A stretch of DNA of 58,231 bases from Chitinophagaceae bacterium (lineage in GTDB: Bacteria; Bacteroidota; Bacteroidia; Chitinophagales; Chitinophagaceae): contig JADZFY010000286.1 of assembly GCA_020854215.1 (NCBI GenBank), positions 1 through 58,231 on the forward strand. Reading direction: 5' to 3'. Below the pieces are notes generated by a model, which searched no databases, had not been told where the DNA came from, and worked only from the letters and a program-made list of their open reading frames with translations. Shown piece after piece: positions 19,654 through 30,599 of the stretch; position 1 is the first letter of the stretch, and every line of letters begins with the position of its first letter. Both the position numbers and the translations under genes were made by a program.

Positions 19654-21075
19654 ATGAAAAAGATACTATATACGGCAGCACTTGCGGTTTTAGCATTAAG
19701 TTTTTCCGCATGCGAAAAATATCTCGACAAACTCGAAAATCCCAACCTGGTAACAGAGCCCCCGCTTAACGGGTTGCTTGCTAAAGCCACTTACGAAAGC
19801 GGAATGGACGTTTACAGAATGGGCTACAATGTTTCCTATCTGGTACAATACCAGGCTTCAAGTTCAAGCGGCAGCGATATAGATATTTACAACCCGGTGA
19901 ATTTTTCCTCAATGTGGACGAGCTTTTATGGCGCCATGATGAACATTGCCCAACTCAATAAAATGGCCGAGGAAAAGGGCGCAACACAACATCTGGGTAT
20001 TGGCAAAATACTAATGGCTTACCATCTCAATATGCTTATTTCGGCTTTTGGGGATGTACCGTTTGAAGAAGCCTTCAAAGGACAGGAATTACTTACACCG
20101 CATTTTGATGATCAGTCAGCCCTGCATGCCACTTCCATAAAATTGCTGGATGAAGGTATTGCAGCGTTAACCCAGGCAAATCCCTCGCTTGATTTAGATG
20201 CAAACAGTGATGTAATACATGGTGGAGACGTGGATGCCTGGATAAAAACGGCCTATGCATTGAAAGCCCGGTTTATGAATCAGCTCTCAAAGACAGCTTC
20301 GTATAGTGCAGACAATATTCTCTCGGCTCTCGCCAACGCTTATAGCAGTAATGCCGATGATGCAACCTTAACCGCATTTACAGATGGAGACCCGTATGGA
20401 AGCCCGTGGTATTCTGTGGCCTACGACAATACACAGTTGAACCTGGATGGCTGGCTGAGTACAACCATCGTTAACGCAATGAACGGCACCACCTATGGTG
20501 TATCTGACCCACGGCTGCCCCTTATAGCCACCATTACCAAGTTTGGCGATTACAGGGGCACACGCAATGGTGCTGGCAGAATAGGCTCGGGAACCGATGA
20601 TGAAGAATCGTACCTGTGGGTTCAGGGTTTCTATTCCAAACCCAATGCGCCGGTGCAATTGGTTACTTATTCCGAAATGAAATTCATTGAAGCAGAAGCG
20701 GCATTCAGAAAAGGAGAAAAAGAAACTGCATACAACGCATACCTCGCAGGCATTTCTGCCAACATGGATAAGATAGGTGTTGCAAACGCAGACAAAAACA
20801 CCTACCTCACCAGCCCTGTTGTTGCGGTGGGCAAAAACAATATTACCCTGGCGTTGATATTTAAAGAAAAATATGTTGCGATGATTTTAAATCCGGAAGC
20901 ATGGGTTGACGCCCGCCGTTTCGACTATCAATACAAGGATTTTCAGTTGCCATTGAATGCAGCGTTAAGTTCATTCATCAGGCGGCTTGCATATCCGGAT
21001 GTGGAAGTAAGCCGGAATGGGCCCAATGTACCGTCAATTGGCGGCTTAGATGAGCAACTGTGGTGGGATGAGTAA
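19654..21075 (+). CDS. susD: SusD/RagB-family outer-membrane lipoprotein
   Basis: Lipobox FSAC, FGDVPF, DPRL, FIEAEA, EAWVDARR, RRLAYP, LWWD; follows susC. Confidence 0.92.
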   Translation: MKKILYTAALAVLALSFSACEKYLDKLENPNLVTEPPLNGLLAKATYESGMDVYRMGYNVSYLVQYQASSSSGSDIDIYNPVNFSSMWTSFYGAMMNIAQLNKMAEEKGATQHLGIGKILMAYHLNMLISAFGDVPFEEAFKGQELLTPHFDDQSALHATSIKLLDEGIAALTQANPSLDLDANSDVIHGGDVDAWIKTAYALKARFMNQLSKTASYSADNILSALANAYSSNADDATLTAFTDGDPYGSPWYSVAYDNTQLNLDGWLSTTIVNAMNGTTYGVSDPRLPLIATITKFGDYRGTRNGAGRIGSGTDDEESYLWVQGFYSKPNAPVQLVTYSEMKFIEAEAAFRKGEKETAYNAYLAGISANMDKIGVANADKNTYLTSPVVAVGKNNITLALIFKEKYVAMILNPEAWVDARRFDYQYKDFQLPLNAALSSFIRRLAYPDVEVSRNGPNVPSIGGLDEQLWWDE

Positions 21076-21095
21076 AAACACAATAACTCCAAATA

Positions 21096-21120
21096 AAAAT
21101 ACCCCGTGCAGGGGTATTTT
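21096..21120 (+). terminator. Intrinsic terminator after susD
   Basis: AAAATACCCC-GTGCA-GGGGTATTTT perfect 10-bp inverted repeat. Confidence 0.75.
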
Positions 21121-21201
21121 AATTATACCCGTATATTTTGCCTGCTAACCGGGGTTCCTGTTTCAGCTAATCTGTATCTTGCAGCCTCAAACACAAGACA
21201 G

Positions 21202-22503
21202 ATGAAGCTCTGGCAAAAAGACAACTCTTCCGTAAATGAACTGATTGAAAAATTTACCGTAGGCCGCGACAAAGAATTTGACTTGCTGCTGGCCAAATAT
21301 GATGTGCAGGGCTCTATTGCTCATGTTAAAATGCTCCAACAGGTAGGATTAATGGACGCAGCAGAATCTGATGTAGCGGTAAAGGGTTTGGAAGAAATTC
21401 TCAAAGAAATTGAGCAGCAAAAATTTACTATTGATGAAGGCATTGAAGACGTTCACTCCCAGGTAGAATATCTCTTAACCCAACGTATAGGTGAAGCAGG
21501 AAAAAAAATCCATAGTGGAAGGAGCCGAAACGACCAGGTTGCTGTTGATCTGAAATTATTTCTACGGGCAGAAATTTTAAATATCAGGGATGAGGTTAAA
21601 GGATTATTTGACCTCCTGATAACACAAAGTGAAAAACTCAAACATGTACTGCTTCCCGGATATACCCATCTCCAGATTGCGATGCCCTCATCCTTTGGAT
21701 TATGGTTTGGCGCCTATGCCGAAAGCTTAACCGACGACTTGGAAATGTTGGCTGCCGCCTATCATGTAGCCAATAAAAATCCATTGGGTAGTGGCGCAGG
21801 TTACGGGTCGTCCTTTCCACTGAACAGAACGCTCACTACACAGCTATTAGGATTTGCCGCTCCCAACTACAATTCGGTATATGCCCAAATGAGCCGTGGT
21901 AAAACAGAAAAACTGGTAGCCATGGGAATGGCAACTATTGCTGCTACCTTAAGCAAGTTGGCGATGGACGCCTGTTTGTATATTAATCAAAACTTCGGAT
22001 TCATTTCTTTTCCTAATGAACTGACCACCGGAAGCAGCATTATGCCACACAAAAAAAACCCGGATGTCTTTGAGTTGATCAGGGCAAAATGCAACCGTAT
22101 CCAGTCTGCACCCAATGAGCTTACGCTGCTTATCAATAACCTGCCATCGGGCTACCATCGTGATTTGCAGCTAACCAAAGAAATTTTGTTCCCCGGCATT
22201 GAAGAGCTAAAAGCATGCATTCAAATGGCGATGCTCATGCTTTCGAATATCAGTGTTAGAGAAAATATTCTGGATGATGAAAAATACCGGTACCTGTTTA
22301 GCGTGGAAGCAGTAAATGAACAGGTGAACAAAGGCATCCCTTTTCGTGATGCCTATCGTAATGTTGGAAATGATATTGAACAGGGAAAATTTATTTTTGA
22401 TTACAAGAAGCAGCTGAATCATACACACGAGGGAAGTATTGGCAACCTCTGCAATGATCAAATTAAGCAAGAAATGAATAAGGTATTAAACAAGTTCGTG
22501 TAG
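21202..22503 (+). CDS. argH: Argininosuccinate lyase
   Basis: MKLWQK start, EDVH, HSGRSRNDQ, PGYTHLQ, GSSIMPHKKNPD. ATG 21202 is preceded by a -7-like TATCTTGC (21175-21182). Confidence 0.95.
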   Translation: MKLWQKDNSSVNELIEKFTVGRDKEFDLLLAKYDVQGSIAHVKMLQQVGLMDAAESDVAVKGLEEILKEIEQQKFTIDEGIEDVHSQVEYLLTQRIGEAGKKIHSGRSRNDQVAVDLKLFLRAEILNIRDEVKGLFDLLITQSEKLKHVLLPGYTHLQIAMPSSFGLWFGAYAESLTDDLEMLAAAYHVANKNPLGSGAGYGSSFPLNRTLTTQLLGFAAPNYNSVYAQMSRGKTEKLVAMGMATIAATLSKLAMDACLYINQNFGFISFPNELTTGSSIMPHKKNPDVFELIRAKCNRIQSAPNELTLLINNLPSGYHRDLQLTKEILFPGIEELKACIQMAMLMLSNISVRENILDDEKYRYLFSVEAVNEQVNKGIPFRDAYRNVGNDIEQGKFIFDYKKQLNHTHEGSIGNLCNDQIKQEMNKVLNKFV

Positions 22504-22649
22504 CCCGCACGTTGAGTATTGTTGATTGCAATCCATCATTTCATCCAACGCGGATACCTGACGTGAATCATTCGCAACATGGCGGCGAGTCATTTTTTTT
22601 TCGAATTCCGAACAATAAATTTACACTTTACCAATAAACGAGTAGAATT

Positions 22650-23006
22650 ATGAAATTTCGTATTGAAACGCCGGGGCATCGTGCCAGCCCTTCATTAAAA
22701 AGCTTCGTGACTGACAAATTGAGTTCATTAGACAGGTATTACAAGGATATACAGGAAATAGAAGTTACGCTGATCAACGAAGTTAAAGGCAACAAAGAAG
22801 TAGTGAACTGCACGCTCAATATCCGCATTCCCGGAAAAGATGAGTATATTAAAACCAGGTCTAACATTTTTGAAGATGCGGTTTTAAAAGCGGCCGAAGC
22901 GGCCAAACGAAGACTCCGCATACGAAAAACACAACTGCAATTGGCCAGGAAAAAGAAATCACCGAACAGAAAAGTTTCGGCAAAGGCCGCAATGAAACGC
23001 CCATGA
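22650..23006 (+). CDS. hpf: HPF/RaiA-family ribosome-associated protein
   Basis: [19 protein letters not shown]...IEVTL...IRIPG...FEDAV...KRRLRIRK pattern of the S30AE fold; basic C-terminal tail. Confidence 0.75.
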   Translation: MKFRIETPGHRASPSLKSFVTDKLSSLDRYYKDIQEIEVTLINEVKGNKEVVNCTLNIRIPGKDEYIKTRSNIFEDAVLKAAEAAKRRLRIRKTQLQLARKKKSPNRKVSAKAAMKRP

Positions 23007-23030
23007 AACAAATAACAAACCTATCCTGTT

Positions 23031-23059
23031 AAAAGCCGGCACGTACCACGCCGGCTTTT
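23031..23059 (+). terminator. Intrinsic terminator after hpf
   Basis: AAAAGCCGGC-ACGTACCAC-GCCGGCTTTT perfect 10-bp stem. Confidence 0.8.
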
Positions 23060-23157
23060 CTATTTCCCGTTTCTTCAGGCACTTTACGCATTCCGTCACC
23101 ACCCATAGCAGGATAGCCACGAATCCCCTATCTTCGCAGCGAAAAATTTCCCTTCGC

Positions 23158-23868
23158 ATGCAACATAAGTTCAAACGCATTCTGTTAAAACTTTCAGGAG
23201 AATCTTTGATAGGCGACAGCAATTTTGGCTTAGATCCGGATATCCTAACCAATTATGCTAATGAAATAAAAGCCGTTCATAATGAGGGAGTGGAAGTGGC
23301 CATTGTGATTGGCGGCGGCAATATATACCGTGGCATGAACGAATCGGAAACAGGAATTGAAAGAGCGCATGGCGACTACATGGGGATGCTGGCTACCGTA
23401 ATTAACGGAATGGCATTACAGGCTTCCCTGGAAAAAACCGGATTATACACCCGGCTGCTAAGTGCGATTAAAATGGAACAAATAGCCGAACCTTATATTC
23501 GCAGACGAGCCATGCGCCATCTGGAGAAAAAAAGGATCGTTATTTTTGGCGCAGGTACCGGTAACCCCTATTTCACTACCGATACGGCAGGTTCATTACG
23601 GGCAATTGAGATAAAAGCCGATGTTATCCTGAAAGGCACCCGCGTGGATGGTATCTATACCGCCGACCCGGAAAAAAATCCTTCGGCTACCAAATATGAC
23701 AACATTAGTTTCAGAGAATGTATTGACAAGGATCTGAAGGTGATGGACATGACCGCCTTTACCCTTTGCATGGAGAACAAATTACCCATTATTGTTTTTG
23801 ACATGAATAAACCGGGCAATCTGCTTCGGGTGGTAAAAGGAGAAAAAGTAGGCACCCTTGTCAGTTAA
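23158..23868 (+). CDS. pyrH: UMP kinase
   Basis: [42 protein letters not shown]. Confidence 0.97.
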   Translation: MQHKFKRILLKLSGESLIGDSNFGLDPDILTNYANEIKAVHNEGVEVAIVIGGGNIYRGMNESETGIERAHGDYMGMLATVINGMALQASLEKTGLYTRLLSAIKMEQIAEPYIRRRAMRHLEKKRIVIFGAGTGNPYFTTDTAGSLRAIEIKADVILKGTRVDGIYTADPEKNPSATKYDNISFRECIDKDLKVMDMTAFTLCMENKLPIIVFDMNKPGNLLRVVKGEKVGTLVS

Positions 23869-26735
23869 CTAAACAGGTATTGCACATCTTCTTCCGTGAG
23901 CGATTTCGCAAAACCTTCCTCGGCTGAAACCAGGTCGTCGGATAGTTTCTTTTTCTTTTGCTGCAGGTGAATGATCTTTTCCTCAATAGTGTCCTTGCAA
24001 ATCATTTTATAGGCAAAAACATTACGCGTTTGTCCGATACGATAAGTACGGTCTATTGCCTGGGTTTCCACTGCCGTATTCCACCAGGGATCAAACAGAA
24101 AAACATAGTCAGCAGAGGTGAGCGTGAGTCCGGTATTTCCGGCTTTGAGGCTAATCAGAAATAGGTTTACCGTATTGTCTTCCTCCTGAAACGCATTCAC
24201 CATTTCCGTTCGCTTTGCCGGTGATGTTTGTCCGTCGAAATGATAAAACACTATTCCGCGTTTTTTACATTCATCAGCCAGCAAATGGAGCATGGAACTA
24301 AACTGTGAAAAAACCAGCGCCTTATGGCTACCCAAAATATTATCGAGCTCCTCCATCAAAACATCCGTTTTTACGGAATCGCTACACCGCGTCAATTCGG
24401 TGTCTGGCAACAACAGTGGCGAACTGCATACCTGCCGGAGCTTCATCATCCCCTGCAAAATAGACAGCTTACTCTTAGCCAAACCACTCTTTTTTATTTC
24501 CAGGAATATGCTGCTGCGCGTTTGTGCTAAAACTTCATTATACAGCTTTCTTTGCAAGTCGTTCATTTCGCACCATAAAACCGATTCCGTCTTCTCCGGT
24601 AAGTCTTTTGCCACCTGTTCTTTTGTTCGGCGAAGAATGAACGGGGCAGTAAGTTTCTTCAGCGTTGCTATCTTTTCTTCGTCCTGCTTGTTATCTATCG
24701 GGTCTGCATATTCTCTCTTGAAGAATTCCCGGCTTCCAAATAAACCGGGAACGGCAAAATTAAGCTGCATGTATAAATCAAAAGTGTTGTTCACCACAGG
24801 TGTACCGCTCAGGGCTATACGAAACTGCGCCCGCAATTTCATAATTGCCTGTGCTATTTGCGTTGCAGGGTTTTTTATATTATGGCTTTCATCAATCACC
24901 GCAACACCAAACACCTGTTCGCAGATCACATCAATATCACTGCGTAAAGTATGATAGGTGGTGATGATCACGCGCACCGTCTCATCAGCAAGTTGTTCCT
25001 TTTGCCGTGATCCACCGTGGTACACTATGGTTGAAAGGTGTGGCGAAAAACGCGCTAACTCCTGCTGCCAGTTGTATACCAGTGACGCAGGGCATACCAC
25101 AATATGCTTCGATCGCGGATAGCGGTCCATTGCGTGTACCATCGCGCAAATGGCCTGCAATGTCTTTCCCAAACCCATGTCATCAGCAAGGCAGGCGCCG
25201 GCGCCAATTTCATTCAGCAACAACATCCATTCAAATCCCTTTTGCTGGTAAGGACGCAGTTCTGCGCGTAGTGACGGCGGTAGTGTAAACACCTGCGCCG
25301 TACCCTTTTGCCATTTTTGCCATTTCTGCCACCAGCTTTGCTGAATCGCCAGTTTCAATTCGGGAGACTGGGACGATTCGTCCTGTTTCGCAACCGCCAT
25401 CCAGCGTAATATTTCAATCGTATCTCCTTTGATTTTTCCATGCTTTACAACTGATGCATACTGGCCCAACCACTCTTCGTGGAGTATGCCCAGGGAACCA
25501 TCCTTTAGCAAAACCGCTTTCTGTCCGGCAAACAACATCCGCTGCAATTCACTGAGCGGCACCTCTTCTTTTCCAAAAGCCAGTTTCATATTGAATACTA
25601 ACCAGTACTCATCTTCACTGATTAAGCTCATTGTTGTTTGCGCAACATGCGGAGAATAACGAAAATGGCGTAACATATCCATACCCACAATTTCTATATC
25701 CATTTGCAGCAGTTGATTATAAGTTTTCAAAAACCACTGCTTCTTTTGCGCGTCGGCAAAAGACAAATAGAAGTATCCGTTTCGCTGGTTAGTAAACTGT
25801 GGATGTAGCGCCACCAGGGTGTCTAGCAAAATCTGCTCTGCTTCTCTGTTTCTTCTCATTACTGTTACGGCACCCGCTGTTTTCACTTCAAAACAATCCT
25901 TCCATTCTCCATCTACAACATGCCCGTCGTAAACCCACTGCGGCGTAAGCATCAAAAATGCATTATTCAACTCACTCAACATCAGGCGACCGGAAGGCAC
26001 AACGGCAAGTTCCTGTTTTGAAAAAAACTCCTTTCTATTGACCTTATAACGCTCCTCCAGCGGTGCTAATACATGTGTCGCAAACATTTCCGGCGAGTGC
26101 CCATACTGCGGCCAATTCATTTCAGACAACCGGTCAATCGTCAGGTAATCTGAATACGACAGAATGAAATATTCATTTTTGCTTTCCAGCAGAAACAGGT
26201 TCCGCGAAAAACTTTCTATTGGGAAAGCGCTGTTATGGATATGTACGTTAACCTGAAGCACAAGCCTGCCATCTGCTTTATTCACTTCAAATGCCAATGA
26301 AGGGCGGTACCGGCTAAAGGTGCAGGAGGATGTAAGCAGCGCTTTTTTCCCCGGCTGATTTTTCTGATGGTACCATTTTATCAGCGGATAATAAGGCTGA
26401 AGCGATTCAAATATTTTGTGCCAGTACTTAATAAAATTTTTTGATGAGAATATTTCACCATTCCCGTCTTCATTTCTGAGTGCATATACTTTTTTCAACG
26501 CATTTCGGTGTTCGGTCAAAGCCTCCACACAACAAGACATTAAAATATCCCTGACAGGACGGGGAAAATCCCTGAATACTTTTCGTACCACCGTCCACTC
26601 CAGTATGGTCGTATCATATCGTATTCTCTTGTTGTTCTTCTCAAAAGACAAAACATTAATCGCAGGCTTATCTCCGGAAACCAACCAGGGAGTAAGCAGT
26701 AAAGCAGGGCGCGTATTATTCTCCATTACATGCAA
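23865..26735 (-). CDS. SNF2-family helicase/ATPase
   Basis: [59 protein letters not shown]. Confidence 0.92.
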   Translation of the reverse strand: MHVMENNTRPALLLTPWLVSGDKPAINVLSFEKNNKRIRYDTTILEWTVVRKVFRDFPRPVRDILMSCCVEALTEHRNALKKVYALRNEDGNGEIFSSKNFIKYWHKIFESLQPYYPLIKWYHQKNQPGKKALLTSSCTFSRYRPSLAFEVNKADGRLVLQVNVHIHNSAFPIESFSRNLFLLESKNEYFILSYSDYLTIDRLSEMNWPQYGHSPEMFATHVLAPLEERYKVNRKEFFSKQELAVVPSGRLMLSELNNAFLMLTPQWVYDGHVVDGEWKDCFEVKTAGAVTVMRRNREAEQILLDTLVALHPQFTNQRNGYFYLSFADAQKKQWFLKTYNQLLQMDIEIVGMDMLRHFRYSPHVAQTTMSLISEDEYWLVFNMKLAFGKEEVPLSELQRMLFAGQKAVLLKDGSLGILHEEWLGQYASVVKHGKIKGDTIEILRWMAVAKQDESSQSPELKLAIQQSWWQKWQKWQKGTAQVFTLPPSLRAELRPYQQKGFEWMLLLNEIGAGACLADDMGLGKTLQAICAMVHAMDRYPRSKHIVVCPASLVYNWQQELARFSPHLSTIVYHGGSRQKEQLADETVRVIITTYHTLRSDIDVICEQVFGVAVIDESHNIKNPATQIAQAIMKLRAQFRIALSGTPVVNNTFDLYMQLNFAVPGLFGSREFFKREYADPIDNKQDEEKIATLKKLTAPFILRRTKEQVAKDLPEKTESVLWCEMNDLQRKLYNEVLAQTRSSIFLEIKKSGLAKSKLSILQGMMKLRQVCSSPLLLPDTELTRCSDSVKTDVLMEELDNILGSHKALVFSQFSSMLHLLADECKKRGIVFYHFDGQTSPAKRTEMVNAFQEEDNTVNLFLISLKAGNTGLTLTSADYVFLFDPWWNTAVETQAIDRTYRIGQTRNVFAYKMICKDTIEEKIIHLQQKKKKLSDDLVSAEEGFAKSLTEEDVQYLFS

Positions 26736-26862
26736 AAATTACAATCCGGCACATCATTGCAAAAATATGGTTAAGTTATTGCACTGGCGGGCACGCAGGC
26801 AATAAATATACCCCCATTTGCAATTACCTTTGTAATAACAACCAACAAAAGCGTTAACGTGT

Positions 26863-27507
26863 ATGCATATTGAAATTGCCTCCATTCGCCAAAATTATTC
26901 AAAACAGGTTTTATTGGAGTCCGATGTGTTTGATAATCCGATCAGGCAATTCGACAAATGGTGGCAGGAAGCGATGCGTGCCCAGATTGAGGAAATAAAT
27001 GCCATGACGCTTGCCACTTCTTCAACCGACGGAACACCATCAGCCAGGATCGTTTTGCTGAAAGATTTTTCTGAAAAAGGATTTATGTTTTTTACCAATT
27101 ACGACAGCCATAAGGCGCAACAGTTAGCACAAAATCCAAAAGCCTGTCTGGTTTTTTTCTGGAAAGAGTTAGAGCGACAGGTTCGAGTAGCGGGTACCGT
27201 TAGCCGGGTTGACCCTGCGGAAAGTGATTTTTATTTCAACTCTCGACCTGAAGAAAGTCGTATCGGCGCACTTACCTCGCCGCAAAGCCGGGTAATTGAA
27301 AACAGGAGCTGGATAGATGAGCAATACGCAAAGAATTTTGCATTGCTAAGTGGCACCTCTTTTCAAAGGCCCGCCAATTGGGGCGGTTATATTGTTACCG
27401 CTACCACTATTGAATTTTGGCAGGGCAGGCCCAGCCGGCTGCATGACCGGCTGCAATATACCCTCCAGAAAAACAATGAATGGAAAATAGAACGGTTGGC
27501 ACCTTGA
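26863..27507 (+). CDS. pdxH: Pyridoxine/pyridoxamine 5'-phosphate oxidase
   Basis: PSARIVLLK, FFTNYDS, ERQVRV, EFWQGRPSRLHDR, RLAP. Confidence 0.96.
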   Translation: MHIEIASIRQNYSKQVLLESDVFDNPIRQFDKWWQEAMRAQIEEINAMTLATSSTDGTPSARIVLLKDFSEKGFMFFTNYDSHKAQQLAQNPKACLVFFWKELERQVRVAGTVSRVDPAESDFYFNSRPEESRIGALTSPQSRVIENRSWIDEQYAKNFALLSGTSFQRPANWGGYIVTATTIEFWQGRPSRLHDRLQYTLQKNNEWKIERLAP

Positions 27508-27683
27508 AGTTGAACAAGCAATAGCAAGTAGCAGAAAACGGCGGAAAACCCCATCACAAAGTTCCGTTCTTTATTTGGCTCAAAACGATCTCCGTCCGAC
27601 CTCTTGTCTAATCTTACTGCTGCCTTAACCCTGGTACCCTCCTCAAACGTCAAAACCTAACCCATCGTTCCTGCTTCAGCACA

Positions 27684-27797
27684 TTATTCAGGCTTCTTCA
27701 CAGAAGTCTTTGCTTTTGCGGGCTTCGCAGGGCGGCTTTTGCCGAAAGACCCCTGCGCAATTTTTCCTTTTTTTGTTTTTTTATCACCTCTTCCCAT
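27684..27797 (-). CDS. thx: 30S ribosomal protein THX (bS31), 37 aa, below the ORF-track cutoff
   Basis: Hand translation MGRGDKKTKKGKIAQGSFGKSRPAKPAKAKTSVKKPE* matches the THX pattern MG(K/R)GD(K/R)(K/R)T(K/R)(K/R)GKI..G(S/T)(Y/F)GK.RP. Confidence 0.9.
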   Translation of the reverse strand: MGRGDKKTKKGKIAQGSFGKSRPAKPAKAKTSVKKPE

Positions 27798-27843
27798 AAT
27801 GTAAATATTTATTATTGTTGAATTTATTTCCTGTCGCAAAAAT

Positions 27844-27877
27844 AAAAAAAGCAAGACACAACTGTTGTGTCCTGCTT
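27844..27877 (-). terminator. Intrinsic terminator after HU gene
   Basis: Minus strand AAGCAGGACACAA-CAG-TTGTGTCTTGCTT followed by TTTTT. Confidence 0.85.
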
Positions 27878-27898
27878 ATAAAATTCTGAATGATGGAA

Positions 27899-28168
27899 TT
27901 ATAACTTAGCAGATAATTCTTTACCAGCTTTAAAGCGGGCAACTTTTTTAGCTTTGATTTTAATAACAGCACCAGTTTGTGGGTTACGGCCATTGCGTGC
28001 AGCACGTTTGGAAACAGAAAATGTTCCGAAACCTACCAGCGTTACTTTACCGCCACCTTTCAAAGTTTTGGTTACTGCTTCAATAAAAGAATCCAGTGCT
28101 TCGTTAGCCTGGGTTTTAGTGATACCGGCATCATCTGCAATCTTTGAAATTAATTCAGCTTTGTTCAT
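27899..28168 (-). CDS. hup: HU-family DNA-binding protein
   Basis: [33 protein letters not shown]. Confidence 0.97.
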   Translation of the reverse strand: MNKAELISKIADDAGITKTQANEALDSFIEAVTKTLKGGGKVTLVGFGTFSVSKRAARNGRNPQTGAVIKIKAKKVARFKAGKELSAKL

Positions 28169-28554
28169 GATAGAGCGTTTTTAGAATTGATTTAGTAAAA
28201 ACAAATATAGACGCTTTTTGCATCCAACAAAATTTTTTTGAGTGTTTGTATTTAATACCATCCCCTCTCTCAATCCGCACGGGATAAGGTTTTTACGCTG
28301 TATCATGATGGATTCACTACCGAAGAAACCGGGAATAATCTTCGCAAACCCTTACTGGCACTGCATTTCACAACAACAAGGCTGAAACGCTTACGGATAA
28401 AGGGTTTTAGGGAAATTTACAATAATTTTCAATTCGCCAAATTGTTTTTAATTCTTATCCACAAATAGTTCACAAACCAAAAAAGTATGCTATTTCGTAG
28501 TGCGGGGAAGGCAATAATGCTGCACTCCGCCAATCTATAGAAACCCCTCAAACG

Positions 28555-29322
28555 CTACGGTTTAATTTCAAGAAACACAGGACAATGATCACTATGTTTG
28601 ATATCCGGGTAGATATCTGCATTCACCAATTGACTTTTCAATGGTTCTGTTGCATTAATATAATCTATCCGCCAGCCCTTGTTATTCAGCCGAACAGAAG
28701 GAAAACGCTGGCTCCACCAGCTATAACGATGAGGCTCCGGATGAAAAAATCTAAAAGTATCTATCCAGTTTGCATCAAAAAATTCATCCATCCATGCACG
28801 TTCTTCAGGCAAAAATCCTGATGATTTTTTGTTGCCCCTGGGATCATGAATATCAATTTCTTTGTGTGCGATATTGTAATCGCCGCAAAGGATTAATTTG
28901 GGATGTTGCTTTTGCAGTTTACGCAGGTAAAGGAAAAATTCATCCAGCCATCCATACTTGAACGCTTGTCGTTCATCGCCGCTGGTACCGGATGGGAAAT
29001 ACGCATTAATGAGGCGGATATCACCAAAATCAAGTTGCAATACCCTGCCCTCGTCATCACTCGTTTTGTGCCTCGTACCGTAAACCACATTATCTGGCTT
29101 TATCCTGGTAAAAACAGCCACCCCACTGTATCCTTTCTTTTGCGCACTAAACCAGTAATCATAATACCCCATTTTGTTCAGGATGCTATGATCTATATCA
29201 TTCTTTTCGGACTTCGTTTCCTGCACACAAATAATATCTGCCGGATCGGATTTCAGCCAATCCAAAAAGCCTTTGCGAATAGCGGCTCTGATCCCGTTAA
29301 CGTTATAAGAAATAATGCGCAT
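28555..29322 (-). CDS. xth: Exodeoxyribonuclease III
   Basis: SYNVNGIRA, QETK, GYSGVA, GDYNIAH, YSWWS, GWRIDY, SDHCP. Confidence 0.95.
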   Translation of the reverse strand: MRIISYNVNGIRAAIRKGFLDWLKSDPADIICVQETKSEKNDIDHSILNKMGYYDYWFSAQKKGYSGVAVFTRIKPDNVVYGTRHKTSDDEGRVLQLDFGDIRLINAYFPSGTSGDERQAFKYGWLDEFFLYLRKLQKQHPKLILCGDYNIAHKEIDIHDPRGNKKSSGFLPEERAWMDEFFDANWIDTFRFFHPEPHRYSWWSQRFPSVRLNNKGWRIDYINATEPLKSQLVNADIYPDIKHSDHCPVFLEIKP

Positions 29323-29328
29323 GGATTT

Positions 29329-30186
29329 CTATTTAGAAGCATTAACAGAAGCGTTAGTAACGGTAAGCGCTACCGCATCGTCAGCCGATTCAGCAGCGGA
29401 CACCTGATGAGATTTAAAAAAATCGGCGAGTTGCCCAATATGATCGGTATTGATATAATCCACTCCCATCTTCATAAAAACGCTCCACACATGAGGGTTA
29501 TCCGGACAGCCCCAAAACCGTATTCGCTTTCCCATAGCATGTACTTTATCAATAACGTTACCCAATACCCGCTTTTCTTTTGATCGGATATTACCCTTTC
29601 CTTTCCATTTCGAATAATTTCGAAAATTATCACTGAACAAGGCAATCCGTTTCAAATGCCGGAGGTGCCCGGGGTTACTAATATTGCCATCAAAATAAAT
29701 AAAGCCGGGGTATTGATCAAAAGCCGATGGTGGCGGCTGGTTGCCGGTGATTACAAATTGCACGCCTGAAGATTTCGTTAGCAACGGATATTTTTCTATT
29801 ATACTGATCACCTTCGTCAATGTAGCCAGCGCTTCTGTTTTCAAATCAATAAGCAGGATCACGGAACGCGAAGCATCCTGCGATTGTTGTAACTCCCGAT
29901 ACAATGGTACGATATAGTCTCTTTCAAAAAAGAGCGGTTTGGTAAGAATATCGCTCTGTTGATGTCCAACATACAGGCTGTCGTTTTCAAGTATTACGTC
30001 TGCTTCAATTGAACCAAAGCCCAGATGGAAGGCCTGCACAAAAGGAACATTATGCTCGTAGTCGTTATGGGCGTGAGCGTTAGCCGCGGAATAACGTACA
30101 GGTTGGGCGTACATTTTACCCATTGCGAAAAGGAACACGATCAAATAAATGCCATTTCGTAAATAAAACCGGTAAATCATACACAA
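29329..30186 (-). CDS. Secreted PLC/GDPD-like phosphodiesterase-domain protein
   Basis: Signal peptide; AHAHNDY, GFGSIEADV, VGH, LLIDLK, RFW, GVDYINTD motifs of the PI-PLC/GDPD-like TIM barrel. Confidence 0.7.
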   Translation of the reverse strand: MCMIYRFYLRNGIYLIVFLFAMGKMYAQPVRYSAANAHAHNDYEHNVPFVQAFHLGFGSIEADVILENDSLYVGHQQSDILTKPLFFERDYIVPLYRELQQSQDASRSVILLIDLKTEALATLTKVISIIEKYPLLTKSSGVQFVITGNQPPPSAFDQYPGFIYFDGNISNPGHLRHLKRIALFSDNFRNYSKWKGKGNIRSKEKRVLGNVIDKVHAMGKRIRFWGCPDNPHVWSVFMKMGVDYINTDHIGQLADFFKSHQVSAAESADDAVALTVTNASVNASK

Positions 30187-30399
30187 TTATGTTAAAAGAA
30201 TACAGGTGGCAAAGTACTAAAAGTATATATGTATGCGCGATCCTTTCCCTCATTTTCAACCAGCTATCCTAAAATAATACCATTCAAATTTTTTACCACA
30301 GAAATATCCACCTGTCAACGCATCTATAAATCAATAATTACAAATACGTTACATCAAAAATCATCACCTATCTACTACCAGCTACTCAAAATAAAATGG

Positions 30400-30439
30400 T
30401 ACTATGTATTGCATAGTATTAAATTAACGTTTATCTTTG
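30400..30439 (+). promoter_or_regulatory. Housekeeping promoter with overlapping palindromic operator (likely PadR autoregulation)
   Basis: TACTATGTATTGCATAGTA near-perfect palindrome (30400-30418) covering the -33 TTG; -7 box TATCTTTG at 30432-30439 with a 20-nt spacer. Confidence 0.65.
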
Positions 30440-30599
30440 CTTTCAGATGAACGAAGAATCGCCACCAGTGGACGATCAGGTACAAAAGAAGGGCGACAGA
30501 CACAAGGAAGGGGAACAAAAGTGGTGGTACAGGATGGGCAACAAATTTGTAAACATTCTGCTTTGACCGGCCGGAGAAGCAGAAAAAATCCCTGAGATT

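Noticed and set aside
14180-21201. Target-site duplication around the ECF-SusCD cassette
   Set aside because: Only a 7-bp CACAAGA match near the two ends, expected by chance; no integrase or transposase.
22559-22570. FNR/CRP-like site TGACGTGAATCA upstream of hpf
   Set aside because: A single degenerate match, too weak without comparative data.
28170-28554. Replication origin (oriC)
   Set aside because: Only one perfect DnaA box and no clear unwinding-element repeats; a regulatory role is more parsimonious.
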